Shown piece by piece: positions 47,510 to 56,746 of a stretch of 64,000 bases of DNA. How positions within the stretch are numbered: position 1 is the first letter of the stretch; each line of letters opens with the position of its first letter. The translations under genes and the position numbers were made by a program. Where the stretch lies: the IMG/VR virus record IMGVR_UViG_3300028800_000073, positions 15,825-79,824 of that record. The stretch is one strand, 5' to 3'. Source of the DNA: a virus. Under the pieces are notes generated by a model. That model was not told the DNA's origin. It searched no databases and saw nothing but the letters and a program-made list of their open reading frames with translations.

Positions 47510-48005
47510 TAGTTACTTTCTTGAGCCCTTCGCGAGCTATAGCGAGTTTTTCGAGTGCTTGATCCATTTCCAATAAAGCACGTTTAGCATAACTAACATG
47601 TTTCTCGGTATACGGTTTACCACCGTCAATTTTTGGTATACTTCTCATCAAGTTAGCCTGGCGTTCCTCTAATTCATTCTTCCAGACTTTAACAGCAAAG
47701 GCTTTAGCAGTATGCTCGGAGTGGGTCCCCAATGCTGCTTGAGCGGCGATTTCAGCAACACGGAGTTCTTCCGTAGCCGCCTCTACGAATGCTATGTTAT
47801 TAAGCACCGTTCCGCGTATCACTTCAGCGTAGGCCTCAGGATTTTTATAGCCATCCCGGAAATATTCGCTTCCCGGTTGGATATCCCAGGAACCGGTTAT
47901 TTTCTTTAACACTTCTCGCTCAGCGTCATGTACGGCCCTGCGCCAAGCACTATCAGCTACTTGTTGTTTAGGGGTCATGAAAACAGTCCTTGTTGTTGTG
48001 ACCAC
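47496..48005 (-). CDS. hypothetical helical protein
   Basis: 169-aa ORF. Confidence 0.55.
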   Translation of the reverse strand: MVTTTRTVFMTPKQQVADSAWRRAVHDAEREVLKKITGSWDIQPGSEYFRDGYKNPEAYAEVIRGTVLNNIAFVEAATEELRVAEIAAQAALGTHSEHTAKAFAVKVWKNELEERQANLMRSIPKIDGGKPYTEKHVSYAKRALLEMDQALEKLAIAREGLKKVTNGGE

Positions 48006-48424
48006 TCAGGTTTGACATAACCCAGTAGCTCCTTAGCGACTTCATACCAATCTACGAATGGGCGTCGGAAAGCAGCCCTCTCAACGAGGGGGCACCCAAA
48101 TGCGGCATCATCGATATAAATATGGGCGTAAACCTTGGGGCTCTTGGTCCATGAATCCTGATCGGGATTATGGTTTGCCCCGTATAGCGGTATGCCCTTG
48201 GACTCGAACCACCGCATAGCGTCCATTAGCTCGTCACCGCTACGCATGGTATTCAAGATAAGCTTATCGCCTCTCTCAGCGAGAAGCTTAAGGACTTCAA
48301 CGCAATATGGGACGTCTTGCCCAACGTCGGGGTAGCGATGGTCAACACAGGTACCATCGAAGTCGACACCGATGTATCGGCCATCGTAGGACATTAGCGG
48401 CGCCCCTCGTTCTGGTAGATCCAC
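47975..48424 (-). CDS. HAD-superfamily phosphatase (BT0820-like)
   Basis: IGVDFDGT, LNTMRS, K.YA..YIDD. Confidence 0.85.
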   Translation of the reverse strand: MDLPERGAPLMSYDGRYIGVDFDGTCVDHRYPDVGQDVPYCVEVLKLLAERGDKLILNTMRSGDELMDAMRWFESKGIPLYGANHNPDQDSWTKSPKVYAHIYIDDAAFGCPLVERAAFRRPFVDWYEVAKELLGYVKPEWSQQQGLFS

Positions 48425-48609
48425 TTGGAGACATCGGCAATGATGCTGCGCGCTCTAGCATCGGCATTCTTTAATTCGGCTGTAGTCGGCATATCCCGGG
48501 TTACTCGGCCGTGTTGGCAAATGACTGTTGCGATTTTACCCACAAGAACCTGGTACTGGGCTGCGGCATCTTCAAAATCTACATTGTCGGACTTCATGAT
48601 TTGATCCAA
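48394..48609 (-). CDS. hypothetical protein
   Basis: 71-aa coupled ORF. Confidence 0.5.
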   Translation of the reverse strand: MDQIMKSDNVDFEDAAAQYQVLVGKIATVICQHGRVTRDMPTTAELKNADARARSIIADVSKWIYQNEGRR

Positions 48610-48902
48610 GGTGGAACGGTGATGGTTTTACGGGACTTCAGGATACGCTTGATACGAAGCTCATCTTTAAGGATGATACCACTATAGAGGATGGCTTCTT
48701 TAATGGCTTCTTGCGCTTCTTTTAGGCTACTAAATGGATAAGCACTATCTTTTGAACTATTCCAACGATATGTACGTTTACAGCCCATCTTTACGCAATA
48801 CACAAGCACACTGCCTACGTATTTCGGGAACCACCAACTATTGCGTCTTACAATGTAGTAGTCCTTAACTGGTATAATAGAAAACTGTCCAGATTTAATC
48901 AT
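48594..48902 (-). CDS. hypothetical protein
   Basis: 102-aa ORF. Confidence 0.5.
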   Translation of the reverse strand: MIKSGQFSIIPVKDYYIVRRNSWWFPKYVGSVLVYCVKMGCKRTYRWNSSKDSAYPFSSLKEAQEAIKEAILYSGIILKDELRIKRILKSRKTITVPPWIKS

Positions 48903-48911
48903 TGTGCCCCT

Positions 48912-49124
48912 TCAGGCATGTAAGTAAGCCGGTTCGATGTCTGACGTCTCATCTACACTGATCTCATGACAATAGTCTTCCTCGTCCTTCAGTTGCTTTC
49001 TCAGCTCCAGGAGGGCGTAGCTTAAGCCGGTACGGCTTGGGTGGTTATACGGTAAAGCATCAATCTCGTCTTCCCATTTGGCAATCAAGTCCTGGATGAA
49101 GACATTATCGGATAGGGTGTTCAT
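48912..49124 (-). CDS. hypothetical protein
   Basis: 70-aa ORF. Confidence 0.5.
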   Translation of the reverse strand: MNTLSDNVFIQDLIAKWEDEIDALPYNHPSRTGLSYALLELRKQLKDEEDYCHEISVDETSDIEPAYLHA

Positions 49125-49417
49125 TTTTCTACAACGTCTTTGGCTAAGGTGGCACCGCCTATAATAAGGTAAGAGTTAAAACGCCACTTATCGTTTACAT
49201 GGGCAGCATCAAATGTGCCTATCTTCAATAAGTGCCTATACTTAGTTGGTATAGGGAGGAACAGCTTATTGTTCCTCGCTGAAACTGCTAGTGTGCCTAG
49301 GAAGGGTATTAGGTAGACATTTCTGTGCTCTCTAACGAATCCCAGGTACCCCGGCGAACCCATCTTCCTATGTATATCAGGGTCTAAATAGATTCCGTCT
49401 TTGATGATTTTGGTCAT
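49121..49417 (-). CDS. hypothetical protein
   Basis: 98-aa ORF. Confidence 0.5.
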   Translation of the reverse strand: MTKIIKDGIYLDPDIHRKMGSPGYLGFVREHRNVYLIPFLGTLAVSARNNKLFLPIPTKYRHLLKIGTFDAAHVNDKWRFNSYLIIGGATLAKDVVEK

Positions 49418-49449
49418 AGCTAAAAAATAAAGCGCATCAGTTGGTTCCT

Positions 49450-49531
49450 AAGAAAAAGGAGCCGACCAACTACACTATACACGGTACCATGGCCGAAGCC
49501 ACAATACCGCGCATAATGCAATTGGTCGGCT
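49450..49531 (-). ncRNA. 34-bp RNA hairpin with C(UUCG)G tetraloop and U-tract (oversized terminator or structured RNA)
   Basis: Arms 49460-49493 and 49498-49531 pair fully on the minus RNA with 8 G-U pairs and no mismatches; followed by CCUUUUUCUU. Confidence 0.75.
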
Positions 49532-49539
49532 TTCGCATG

Positions 49540-50328
49540 TTACTTCTCGCCCTCGGTTGCATCCGTGAAGGATGCAGTACCGGAAGCGTTTTCAAGCGCA
49601 GTCAGCAACTCATCAGCACTCTTCTCGTCGTCAACGACAACGGGAGTCTCAGCAGTGACAGTCTCGATTCTCTTGACCTGAATATCCTCAGCCACAGTGA
49701 CTGGGGTCTCAACCTTCGTCAGAGCCTTGAACTCATTGAAGAGTTTCTCATGGCTGTCTGCATACTTCTTGATGTTGAAACAGCGACCGATGACACGGTG
49801 CATGGATCCGGAGTTAGTCCCGGGGATGTCGATCCCGTGGCAGTGCATGAGCTTTACGATAGCCTTGTTACGCTCTTCGGTGTCGGTAATCTTCTCGATA
49901 CGGTCAACCTCAGTCGCCCAGCGGCCATAGCGGGTCAGGAGGTTCATCTCCTTGATCATGGCGCGACCAGCGTCGCCCCACCACTTCATCTTCTGGATCG
50001 GATCCTGGGGCATCTTCTCGGGGCCATCACCGGTAGTGATAACGTGACCACCGATTCCTAGAACCACCCGTACTTGACCGGCAGTGCGAAGGAGGAACCC
50101 GTACTTTGAGTCCGGTTCCATAATGGCCTTCTTGACTAAGCCGCCGACGATCTCGGCACGCTTAGCGGTAAACGATGGGTCGGATTCCTTGCTGACCTGG
50201 GTGAGTTCAAAGGTGAGTACGTTGTTGCTGTGCATTTGGTTTGTATATCTTCCGCTTGGGGCGGTGGCTAACGTGATTTCGGAAATCGCTAAGGAGTTCC
50301 GAAGTGTGAGATCGCTGTAAAGAAGCAT
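49540..50328 (-). CDS. hypothetical protein (start may be ATG 50235)
   Basis: Long ORF ending just before the hairpin. Confidence 0.6.
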   Translation of the reverse strand: MLLYSDLTLRNSLAISEITLATAPSGRYTNQMHSNNVLTFELTQVSKESDPSFTAKRAEIVGGLVKKAIMEPDSKYGFLLRTAGQVRVVLGIGGHVITTGDGPEKMPQDPIQKMKWWGDAGRAMIKEMNLLTRYGRWATEVDRIEKITDTEERNKAIVKLMHCHGIDIPGTNSGSMHRVIGRCFNIKKYADSHEKLFNEFKALTKVETPVTVAEDIQVKRIETVTAETPVVVDDEKSADELLTALENASGTASFTDATEGEK

Positions 50329-50770
50329 CTGGACAATACGTGTTCAGGCCTTTTACAGCGGCACAGAGCCTCTCGATGGTCATTTGGCTGAGCCAATTCC
50401 ATCTTCTATCAATGCTGAGTACAAGACGTGCAATCTTGAACTCTTTGTAGAACCAGCGATTATCGTAGAGGCCTCTTTGACCGCTACTGGCATACCTGAT
50501 GATCCGGTTGAGTTGATCAACGAGGTCTACCGCTAATACGCTGAACACAGTACGTGCCGCTTTAAAAGCTGGCGTTCGACCGTTATTTAGTTCCACAAAT
50601 CCGTTAATGCTCACACCAATAGTCGCCAACTTCTCTAGTTGGTGAAGGATATCACAGTCCACTTTACTGATACCCCCGAAAAGATGCAGTCTCTTATCGG
50701 GGATACGTTTTTCGTAAAGTGCAGAGGCAATTAGACGTCGAATTACTCGATTCTCTTGCTCTGGTAACAA
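50207..50770 (-). CDS. hypothetical protein
   Basis: 187-aa ORF. Confidence 0.5.
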   Translation of the reverse strand: MLPEQENRVIRRLIASALYEKRIPDKRLHLFGGISKVDCDILHQLEKLATIGVSINGFVELNNGRTPAFKAARTVFSVLAVDLVDQLNRIIRYASSGQRGLYDNRWFYKEFKIARLVLSIDRRWNWLSQMTIERLCAAVKGLNTYCPDASLQRSHTSELLSDFRNHVSHRPKRKIYKPNAQQQRTHL

Positions 50771-50817
50771 CTACTACTCCACGACAGCGCTCCGGTACAA
50801 CGAACAATTCAACCGGA

Positions 50818-51147
50818 CTACGCCGTCGCAGACTCTTCGTGAGCCTCTTTCAGCTTTTCCTTGACCGTCTGGTGGATGAACCAGTCCTTGCCCCGAAGCC
50901 GCTTCTTGAGGCTCTTGGGGACGAGGTGTGGTGGGAACGTGCGGTACTTCAAATAGTTCTTCTCATCCAGCTGCCTCCGGCGATGCTGGTCCTCCAGCTC
51001 GACATTTCGCTCAAAGGTTTCAGTGGGATGCTCGCTCTTTGCCTTGCGGCCCTTAGCGATGTTCTGCTTCTCACGTTCCTTGTTACGGGCCTTGTTACGT
51101 TCGGTTGCGGCACTATCGTGCCCCTTCCGGGTCTTGATCTCAGCCAT
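50818..51147 (-). CDS. basic hypothetical protein
   Basis: 109 aa, Lys/Arg-rich. Confidence 0.55.
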   Translation of the reverse strand: MAEIKTRKGHDSAATERNKARNKEREKQNIAKGRKAKSEHPTETFERNVELEDQHRRRQLDEKNYLKYRTFPPHLVPKSLKKRLRGKDWFIHQTVKEKLKEAHEESATA

Positions 51148-51148
51148 G

Positions 51149-51652
51149 CTATTCCTTCACGGTCCGCATCCAGGCGCGGATATTGTTGGCGACGTCACGG
51201 GGATAACCTTCGTACATCCACTGGTAACCAGCGGTGATCAGCGCAGCAGAAATCGGCATAGCGGCCAGGAGCAGAACGCGACCTGGGACGCTCTTGTTTG
51301 CCTTCATCTGATTCTCGGCAGCCATGTGGTGGTACACACCGGCGGGTTCGCCGGGGAGACGCACTCTGGCGTGTAAAGCGCCAATGAGAGCGGCACTGAT
51401 ATCACAGACATCGAGCTTACCGGAAACCGGCAGATCGATCTCAGCGTCCTTCCCGTAGGGGAACAGGAAGCGGATATCAGTCAGTTCTTTGGCGTATTCC
51501 CGCATCTCTTCCCACTCAGCATCGGTCCAGGTGAATCCCGGGAGGTCGAGCTTCTTGCTGTTCACGTCGAACAGAAAGCTGAATTCGGCACGGAAGGCCT
51601 TATTCAGGTGGTCAGTGAGGTTGATAGTCTTGACAGGAGTCTGGAGTTCCAT
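51149..51652 (-). CDS. hypothetical protein
   Basis: 167 aa, AAGGA RBS. Confidence 0.6.
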   Translation of the reverse strand: MELQTPVKTINLTDHLNKAFRAEFSFLFDVNSKKLDLPGFTWTDAEWEEMREYAKELTDIRFLFPYGKDAEIDLPVSGKLDVCDISAALIGALHARVRLPGEPAGVYHHMAAENQMKANKSVPGRVLLLAAMPISAALITAGYQWMYEGYPRDVANNIRAWMRTVKE

Positions 51653-51667
51653 GGTGTTCCTTTGAGG

Positions 51668-51868
51668 TTACTTAGTCGGAAATCTCTTCTCAAATGCCTC
51701 CTTAATCGCCTTCGCAGGCTTAAGTATGTCGGCCTTCAACAGAGATACATTGAGCCCCAAATACTTGGCTTCTTTGGGGTGCTTAGCAAGAATCTTTTGA
51801 GCTTTCTTTAATAAATCGTAGACGTCCCCGATTGGTTCGAGCCTGTCTAGGATTTTGAAGTCACACAT
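51668..51868 (-). CDS. hypothetical protein
   Basis: 66-aa ORF. Confidence 0.45.
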   Translation of the reverse strand: MCDFKILDRLEPIGDVYDLLKKAQKILAKHPKEAKYLGLNVSLLKADILKPAKAIKEAFEKRFPTK

Positions 51869-52106
51869 TCATGTCGCGGCGATCACGACGGATCGCTCTG
51901 ACCTGTTCCAAAGAAAGCTTGCCGGAGAGCTTGAGAGCATTCCGCCGGGCCTTCTTCATTTCACGGTACGACGGTGGCATCGACGTTACGACGACGCCTG
52001 GGTTGAACTTACTGGTTGGGAGTGTGGCCATGCCGAGGTGCTGCCTTATTAGTTCTTGGTCTGAGTGAGGGGAGGCGTCACTCCCGGTTCGTTCGGATCT
52101 AGACAT
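51861..52106 (-). CDS. hypothetical protein
   Basis: 81 aa, AAGGA RBS. Confidence 0.5.
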   Translation of the reverse strand: MSRSERTGSDASPHSDQELIRQHLGMATLPTSKFNPGVVVTSMPPSYREMKKARRNALKLSGKLSLEQVRAIRRDRRDMNV

Positions 52107-52114
52107 AGTATTCC

Positions 52115-52366
52115 TTAATCTTTGAAGAAGCCTTGTAGGGCTTTACGGGTGGTATATGCAGCTTTTCTAGCAGCGATGAGTGGATTCATCTTGATCAGTA
52201 CCGGGAAGGAATTCTTACAGCCGCACCGCTCGTATTCTGAACCACCATCAACCATTGCGTGGTTAGGGCAGTGGCACGTTACGTAGTCGTGGCGGAACAT
52301 CGAAATAATCTTCTCTTTACATTCCGGGCACTGATAAAGGTGTCCGGAGTCTTTGGTGAATTTCAT
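52115..52366 (-). CDS. small Zn-binding phage protein
   Basis: CPEC...RHDYVTCHC...VDGG. Confidence 0.6.
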   Translation of the reverse strand: MKFTKDSGHLYQCPECKEKIISMFRHDYVTCHCPNHAMVDGGSEYERCGCKNSFPVLIKMNPLIAARKAAYTTRKALQGFFKD

Positions 52367-52776
52367 TTAGTTATGTCGATTCTGGTATCAAGGCGTTCGA
52401 ACCAACCGGCGTCAGTGGTGTACCAAAAATCAAAGCCGCCGAGGGAATGGAAATAGTGCTGACACAACGAACACGGGCAGGATTCCCTCGGTTCCTTTTT
52501 AGACCCAAGTCGGACATTGACGCAGACCCATTCCCTACGCCTATCCAGGAGCCCCCGTGCTTTACGGTAGGCCATGGCTTCGGCATGAATGGAATGTCTT
52601 TCGTTGCGGTACCCGAACTTGTTAAGTCCAGTCGGATCACCGAGTCTGTTCTGACCCCATTCCAAGAGCTTACCCTTTTGGAAGATAAAGCTCCAATGCT
52701 TGAACGTGTCGGCTCTGTGCCGATCAAATTCCCGCACTGCTATGTCTAAACAACGGCCCAAGTCTGCGTTATTCAT
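52363..52776 (-). CDS. cytidine/deoxycytidylate deaminase-family protein
   Basis: HWS...GQN, SIHAEAMA, SCPCSLC (HxE...PCxxC). Confidence 0.8.
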   Translation of the reverse strand: MNNADLGRCLDIAVREFDRHRADTFKHWSFIFQKGKLLEWGQNRLGDPTGLNKFGYRNERHSIHAEAMAYRKARGLLDRRREWVCVNVRLGSKKEPRESCPCSLCQHYFHSLGGFDFWYTTDAGWFERLDTRIDITK

Positions 52777-53141
52777 GATTCGTGAATTATTAGCCCGTGG
52801 TCAAGAAAGCTATGCAATCTCTGGGCATAGTCAGAGAAGAGACTCAGATACAAGTGATGTCCGTGTCTGAGATCCACGACATAGCCCTGTAGTTTCTGTT
52901 CAGTTACCGAGCGTTCACTAAGTATGATACATAAGACATACCCGAGACTAACTTCTTCGGAACTACCCCGAATGGTAATAACGGGTTGCGGGCCGCTCAA
53001 GCTGACACGGCACTGTATAGCCCTAGCCGGTTCTGCGTTTTTAGTGCCGTGTTCCTCCTGGAGTAAATCCGCTAGTTCGCGGATCTTATCCGGGTGGTGC
53101 CTATGCTTCAGAAACTCCTTGGCGTAATCATCTATCTTCAT
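52773..53141 (-). CDS. hypothetical protein
   Basis: 122-aa ORF. Confidence 0.5.
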   Translation of the reverse strand: MKIDDYAKEFLKHRHHPDKIRELADLLQEEHGTKNAEPARAIQCRVSLSGPQPVITIRGSSEEVSLGYVLCIILSERSVTEQKLQGYVVDLRHGHHLYLSLFSDYAQRLHSFLDHGLIIHES

Positions 53142-53153
53142 GCTTCCTCATGG

Positions 53154-53576
53154 TTACTTCCGCTCCGGCGTAGTAGCCGGTTGTGGTCTGTGCCCCGCTT
53201 CAAGGATGGGTAAACCAGCCTCAGTGGGGACGTAGATAACCTCTGATTTCGTCTCAGCAAGGTTATGGATCCACAGATAATGGAGATACTCGGAATTACC
53301 CTTAAGGCTCTCACCGATGATCCGATTGGCCTCAGCTACACCTTTGGCACGAGCGATCTCAGCGTCAGCCAGCATTTTGGCACCATCAAGCGTAGCCTGT
53401 GCTTCGAGTACCTTGATCTTCCGTGAAGACTCAGCCTTAGCGTATTCCGCTTGGCCTTCCTTCTCCTGTTGCCAGACATTGTACTGTGGCTGAACATAGC
53501 AGCCGCCGACGATACAGCATAGGGTGATGACAACCACTGCGCCGATACCGAAAAACCATTTGATAGCATCTTCCAT
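53154..53576 (-). CDS. membrane-anchored SPFH/band-7-like coiled-coil protein
   Basis: N-terminal TM, AEIARAKGVAEANRIIGESL, YVPTEAGLPILEA. Confidence 0.7.
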   Translation of the reverse strand: MEDAIKWFFGIGAVVVITLCCIVGGCYVQPQYNVWQQEKEGQAEYAKAESSRKIKVLEAQATLDGAKMLADAEIARAKGVAEANRIIGESLKGNSEYLHYLWIHNLAETKSEVIYVPTEAGLPILEAGHRPQPATTPERK

Positions 53577-53593
53577 GGTACGTCCTTCTGTGG

Positions 53594-53764
53594 CTATGCC
53601 ACTTGTGTTGTGATTAAGCGTTCTCTACAGGTCAGGGAGCATGCGATTACATCCATGAGACTCCCAGATCCAGCACGGGGGTTAAACGGTCTGTTACACG
53701 CTTTGCAGCGCATAACAGGCGCCTTATCGGTGCTGTTCTTTGACTTCTTGGCGTGGGAGGCCAT
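53594..53764 (-). CDS. small Zn-finger protein (56 aa)
   Basis: Own translation ...RCKACNRPF...ACSLTCR. Confidence 0.5.
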   Translation of the reverse strand: MASHAKKSKNSTDKAPVMRCKACNRPFNPRAGSGSLMDVIACSLTCRERLITTQVA

Positions 53765-53994
53765 TAGCTGCGACTTTCATGGATATCACCATCGGTCCAT
53801 ATCCAGCCATTTTTACGGGCCTTGATCCAGACTTTGAACCAGTTCACCTTGCAGCTAGATGGGGTACCATACGTACCATGTGTATGGAGGATAGCGTTAG
53901 TGAATGTTCCGTCGTCGTGCTCCTCACTGCGTATCATAATGATCTTGTTCGAGTCTATCCCGAGATTCTTCTCTAACTGTAATATGCATCCCAT
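53764..53994 (-). CDS. hypothetical protein
   Basis: 76-aa coupled ORF. Confidence 0.45.
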   Translation of the reverse strand: MGCILQLEKNLGIDSNKIIMIRSEEHDDGTFTNAILHTHGTYGTPSSCKVNWFKVWIKARKNGWIWTDGDIHESRS

Positions 53995-53996
53995 GG

Positions 53997-54233
53997 CTAC
54001 ACCGGGATCTGCTTGAGTTCCTTGGCGGTCAGCGGAGCGATCTTAGCCATGGCAGCCACGGCTTCTTTGCTCCCATCCTTCGCCTTCTGGAACAGCTTGT
54101 TACGGGTACCGAACTCCTTGGGGGTCAGCTCGCGGCGAGCCGTGACTCCAGAGGCGTTGAGTTTGATGTTTTCTTGAGCACGGGAACGACGGTTCATGTG
54201 GGCTTGCCCTGTGGGGGTTGAATGGACGGTCAT
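53997..54233 (-). CDS. small basic protein
   Basis: 78 aa, AAGGA RBS. Confidence 0.5.
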   Translation of the reverse strand: MTVHSTPTGQAHMNRRSRAQENIKLNASGVTARRELTPKEFGTRNKLFQKAKDGSKEAVAAMAKIAPLTAKELKQIPV

Positions 54234-54375
54234 ATGGTTCCTTGGTTAGTGGTATTGACGCCAGATCTGCCATGGTGCGCAACCGAGGCATTGCATCACC
54301 ATTAAGGCGATGATAGCTGCGGTAAAGAACGCTATGGCAGGGTGAGGTGTTGGTGGGGGTAGGCGCATGGGGTCC

Positions 54376-54684
54376 TTAATAAGATTCGTCGGTCTTTATT
54401 TCAACGAGTTTACCGTCTGTGAACTTAGCTCGGTACTGGTGCCATTCATTCTGGCTGACATACGTATAAAACGTTACGTAACCATGATGCTCAATGATCT
54501 CAGCTACCGGTGAAGCATCCTCTTGCGCTGATCCGTAGTCCCGATAGCGAACCAATTTGCCGTCATCGGTAATACCGTAATTAGCTAAGTCGCAACTGAA
54601 ATCCTTAGTCTGAAATGAATGTATATTGCCGTCGAAGCCGTCAGGCATTATTCTACGGCACGAGAGGCAGTCAAACATCCCCAT
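54376..54684 (-). CDS. conserved phage hypothetical protein
   Basis: MGMFD...FQTKD...AKFTDGKL pattern. Confidence 0.6.
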   Translation of the reverse strand: MGMFDCLSCRRIMPDGFDGNIHSFQTKDFSCDLANYGITDDGKLVRYRDYGSAQEDASPVAEIIEHHGYVTFYTYVSQNEWHQYRAKFTDGKLVEIKTDESY

Positions 54685-54917
54685 TATTTGCCTTTCTTAG
54701 CGTATCTCTTTCTCGGTATAATTTCTTCTAACTTGAACAGGTACAACTGCTTATCTTCGGGACGAAGGGCGAACGAAGTCAGTAGAGTCCTTGCCGCCTC
54801 TTCCTTAGTCAGTAGGACACGGTGCCCCATTATCGTGTAGGGATGCACTGCACCGTGCATTCCGGGGATCATATCGGTAATGAAGTAGACCTGATCGTTG
54901 GTGGGCTTCTTTGCCAT
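54684..54917 (-). CDS. hypothetical protein
   Basis: 77-aa coupled ORF. Confidence 0.5.
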   Translation of the reverse strand: MAKKPTNDQVYFITDMIPGMHGAVHPYTIMGHRVLLTKEEAARTLLTSFALRPEDKQLYLFKLEEIIPRKRYAKKGK

Positions 54918-54918
54918 G

Positions 54919-55134
54919 TCAGTTGGCCTTTATTTCGATGCCATGACTCTGTAGCATGGCTAGTTGTCCGTTTTCGGCTTCTTCTTGAGCAGCCCTACAT
55001 TCTTTGTCATGGGCATTCTGAAGTATCAACGTACCGATGGCCGCTCTGGCTCGCTTTAAGTCCTTTTCGATGGCGTCAAAGCGTCTATCGAATTCTTCGA
55101 AATCTTTTTCGAGTTGCTCGATTTCGTCGTCCAT
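54919..55134 (-). CDS. small coiled-coil protein
   Basis: 71 aa. Confidence 0.5.
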   Translation of the reverse strand: MDDEIEQLEKDFEEFDRRFDAIEKDLKRARAAIGTLILQNAHDKECRAAQEEAENGQLAMLQSHGIEIKAN

Positions 55135-55553
55135 TACTCTAGTATACCCAGTGGTGATCCATCGAGCTTGACCCAGTACATGAGGAGTTCATTCTCGTCA
55201 ACCTGCTTATTCGCCCCTATAGACATGATGAGTTCTCTCTTGTTATATGCACCATAACTTGGATTGACTTTAACTCCGGTGATCAACCCACGGTGTCCAT
55301 CGCTCTTCTTAGAACGAATGACGATGCCGACTGGGACTTCCGCAAACTTATAGGGGCGTAGCTTCTTGGCTGGCTTCGCCACTCTGTAAGTGTACTTACT
55401 GGTGTCAAACATAGGATCCACCACCGGGAACCATATTTTATCATCGTCACATTTGCAATGGCATTCGATCTCTTCGCCATTTGCATAGGCAGTAACCAGA
55501 GCTGCGAATAGCTGTGCATCTTTTCGGTTCATGTGTTTCTTTCTAGTCCACAA
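55134..55553 (-). CDS. hypothetical protein
   Basis: 139-aa ORF. Confidence 0.55.
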   Translation of the reverse strand: MWTRKKHMNRKDAQLFAALVTAYANGEEIECHCKCDDDKIWFPVVDPMFDTSKYTYRVAKPAKKLRPYKFAEVPVGIVIRSKKSDGHRGLITGVKVNPSYGAYNKRELIMSIGANKQVDENELLMYWVKLDGSPLGILE

Positions 55554-55788
55554 CTGGACTGAGGTGGTATTCGCGGTCTTCTTGCACTGTGGCTTTGATC
55601 TTCTTGATTCCAGGCACCTTGGGGCGTGCCATAGCGAACTTGATGACGTATATGATCCCCAAGAGGAGATGCATATAAATCACTAGTTTAACACAGGTTA
55701 CAACTTCGCTCGGCAGCTGGATATCCATGAAATGGACCCAGCAGAAAGCGAAGATGAAGAGGGTGAAGGATGAGACGATGTCTTTCAT
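55543..55788 (-). CDS. small two-TM membrane protein
   Basis: Two hydrophobic segments, basic tail. Confidence 0.5.
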   Translation of the reverse strand: MKDIVSSFTLFIFAFCWVHFMDIQLPSEVVTCVKLVIYMHLLLGIIYVIKFAMARPKVPGIKKIKATVQEDREYHLSPVVD

Positions 55789-55800
55789 TGTGTTTCCTGG

Positions 55801-56124
55801 TTAGTTATCTTCGAAGTATTCCGGTACCGGCAACATGTCGGCATGGAAGTCATAGAACCCGCAAGCAGCGCCATTACCCATATTACCGTTCGTACCATCT
55901 GTACCGCCCGACTCTGGATACATCGGTGTGGGCGGTTCACCAACTATCTTAAGCGTATCTTGATACGACATGCCCGCCTTGCGCACCGCGTTAAACTTAC
56001 TTATCCATTCGTTTATTTTGGAGACCATCTGTTCTGCGGCTTTTGGGGTTGCCGCTACGCAAAGATTCCACATTTCGAAATCGCTGTATTGCCCGTCGTT
56101 AGTTATGAAGATGATGTATTTCAT
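55801..56124 (-). CDS. hypothetical protein
   Basis: 107-aa ORF. Confidence 0.5.
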   Translation of the reverse strand: MKYIIFITNDGQYSDFEMWNLCVAATPKAAEQMVSKINEWISKFNAVRKAGMSYQDTLKIVGEPPTPMYPESGGTDGTNGNMGNGAACGFYDFHADMLPVPEYFEDN

Positions 56125-56135
56125 GATTAAAGGCG

Positions 56136-56501
56136 TTAGCTCCAGAGGTCTGTAAAGTACTCCGCAAACAACTGAAGAGTTTCTTCAACCATCTTCTTTT
56201 CGTCGGCATTATAACCGTAGTACTCCGGCGAGGCTATGAACTCAAAGCCCTTGATCATCTTGTCGAGAATATCGTTCCATTCCTTCTCCGACTTCTGGGT
56301 AGCACTACTCATAGTCGTTTTCTGGTATCTCTTGAGTCTCGGCAGTATCAACCGAGCCAGAGTAGCATCCAGGGACCACGTATCGGCATCGCACCAGCCT
56401 TGGCGCTTATACTGATTTAGCAGCTTAGCAGTGCGCTTCTTAGTGCCACCGATACGCTTGATTTCAGCAATGTCTTGTTTTACCCATTTGAACTGTGTCA
56501 T
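56136..56501 (-). CDS. conserved phage hypothetical protein (start revised to ATG 56501)
   Basis: DTWSLD.TLA..ILPRL...W..ILDKMI..F...LF.EYF.DLW; AAGGA RBS. Confidence 0.6.
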   Translation of the reverse strand: MTQFKWVKQDIAEIKRIGGTKKRTAKLLNQYKRQGWCDADTWSLDATLARLILPRLKRYQKTTMSSATQKSEKEWNDILDKMIKGFEFIASPEYYGYNADEKKMVEETLQLFAEYFTDLWS

Positions 56502-56509
56502 ATTGTTCC

Positions 56510-56746
56510 TTAGGAGCAATACGGCAGATGCTGTATTGTGTTGTAGGTGAAGCGGCATACCCACCAAATACCATAAACCAGCCACGGAACATAGGCCCAT
56601 GGTAGTAAGGTGATGACAGCAGCTAAGGTGTTTTCTTTCCAATTCATGTAAGATACAGAACAGGTGAGCCACCCTATCGCCAACCATAGTGTGGCTATTA
56701 CACCGATAAGTTCACCAATTATAAATACAATTTGTCCTGCATTCAT
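56510..56746 (-). CDS. small membrane protein
   Basis: Two TM segments. Confidence 0.5.
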   Translation of the reverse strand: MNAGQIVFIIGELIGVIATLWLAIGWLTCSVSYMNWKENTLAAVITLLPWAYVPWLVYGIWWVCRFTYNTIQHLPYCS

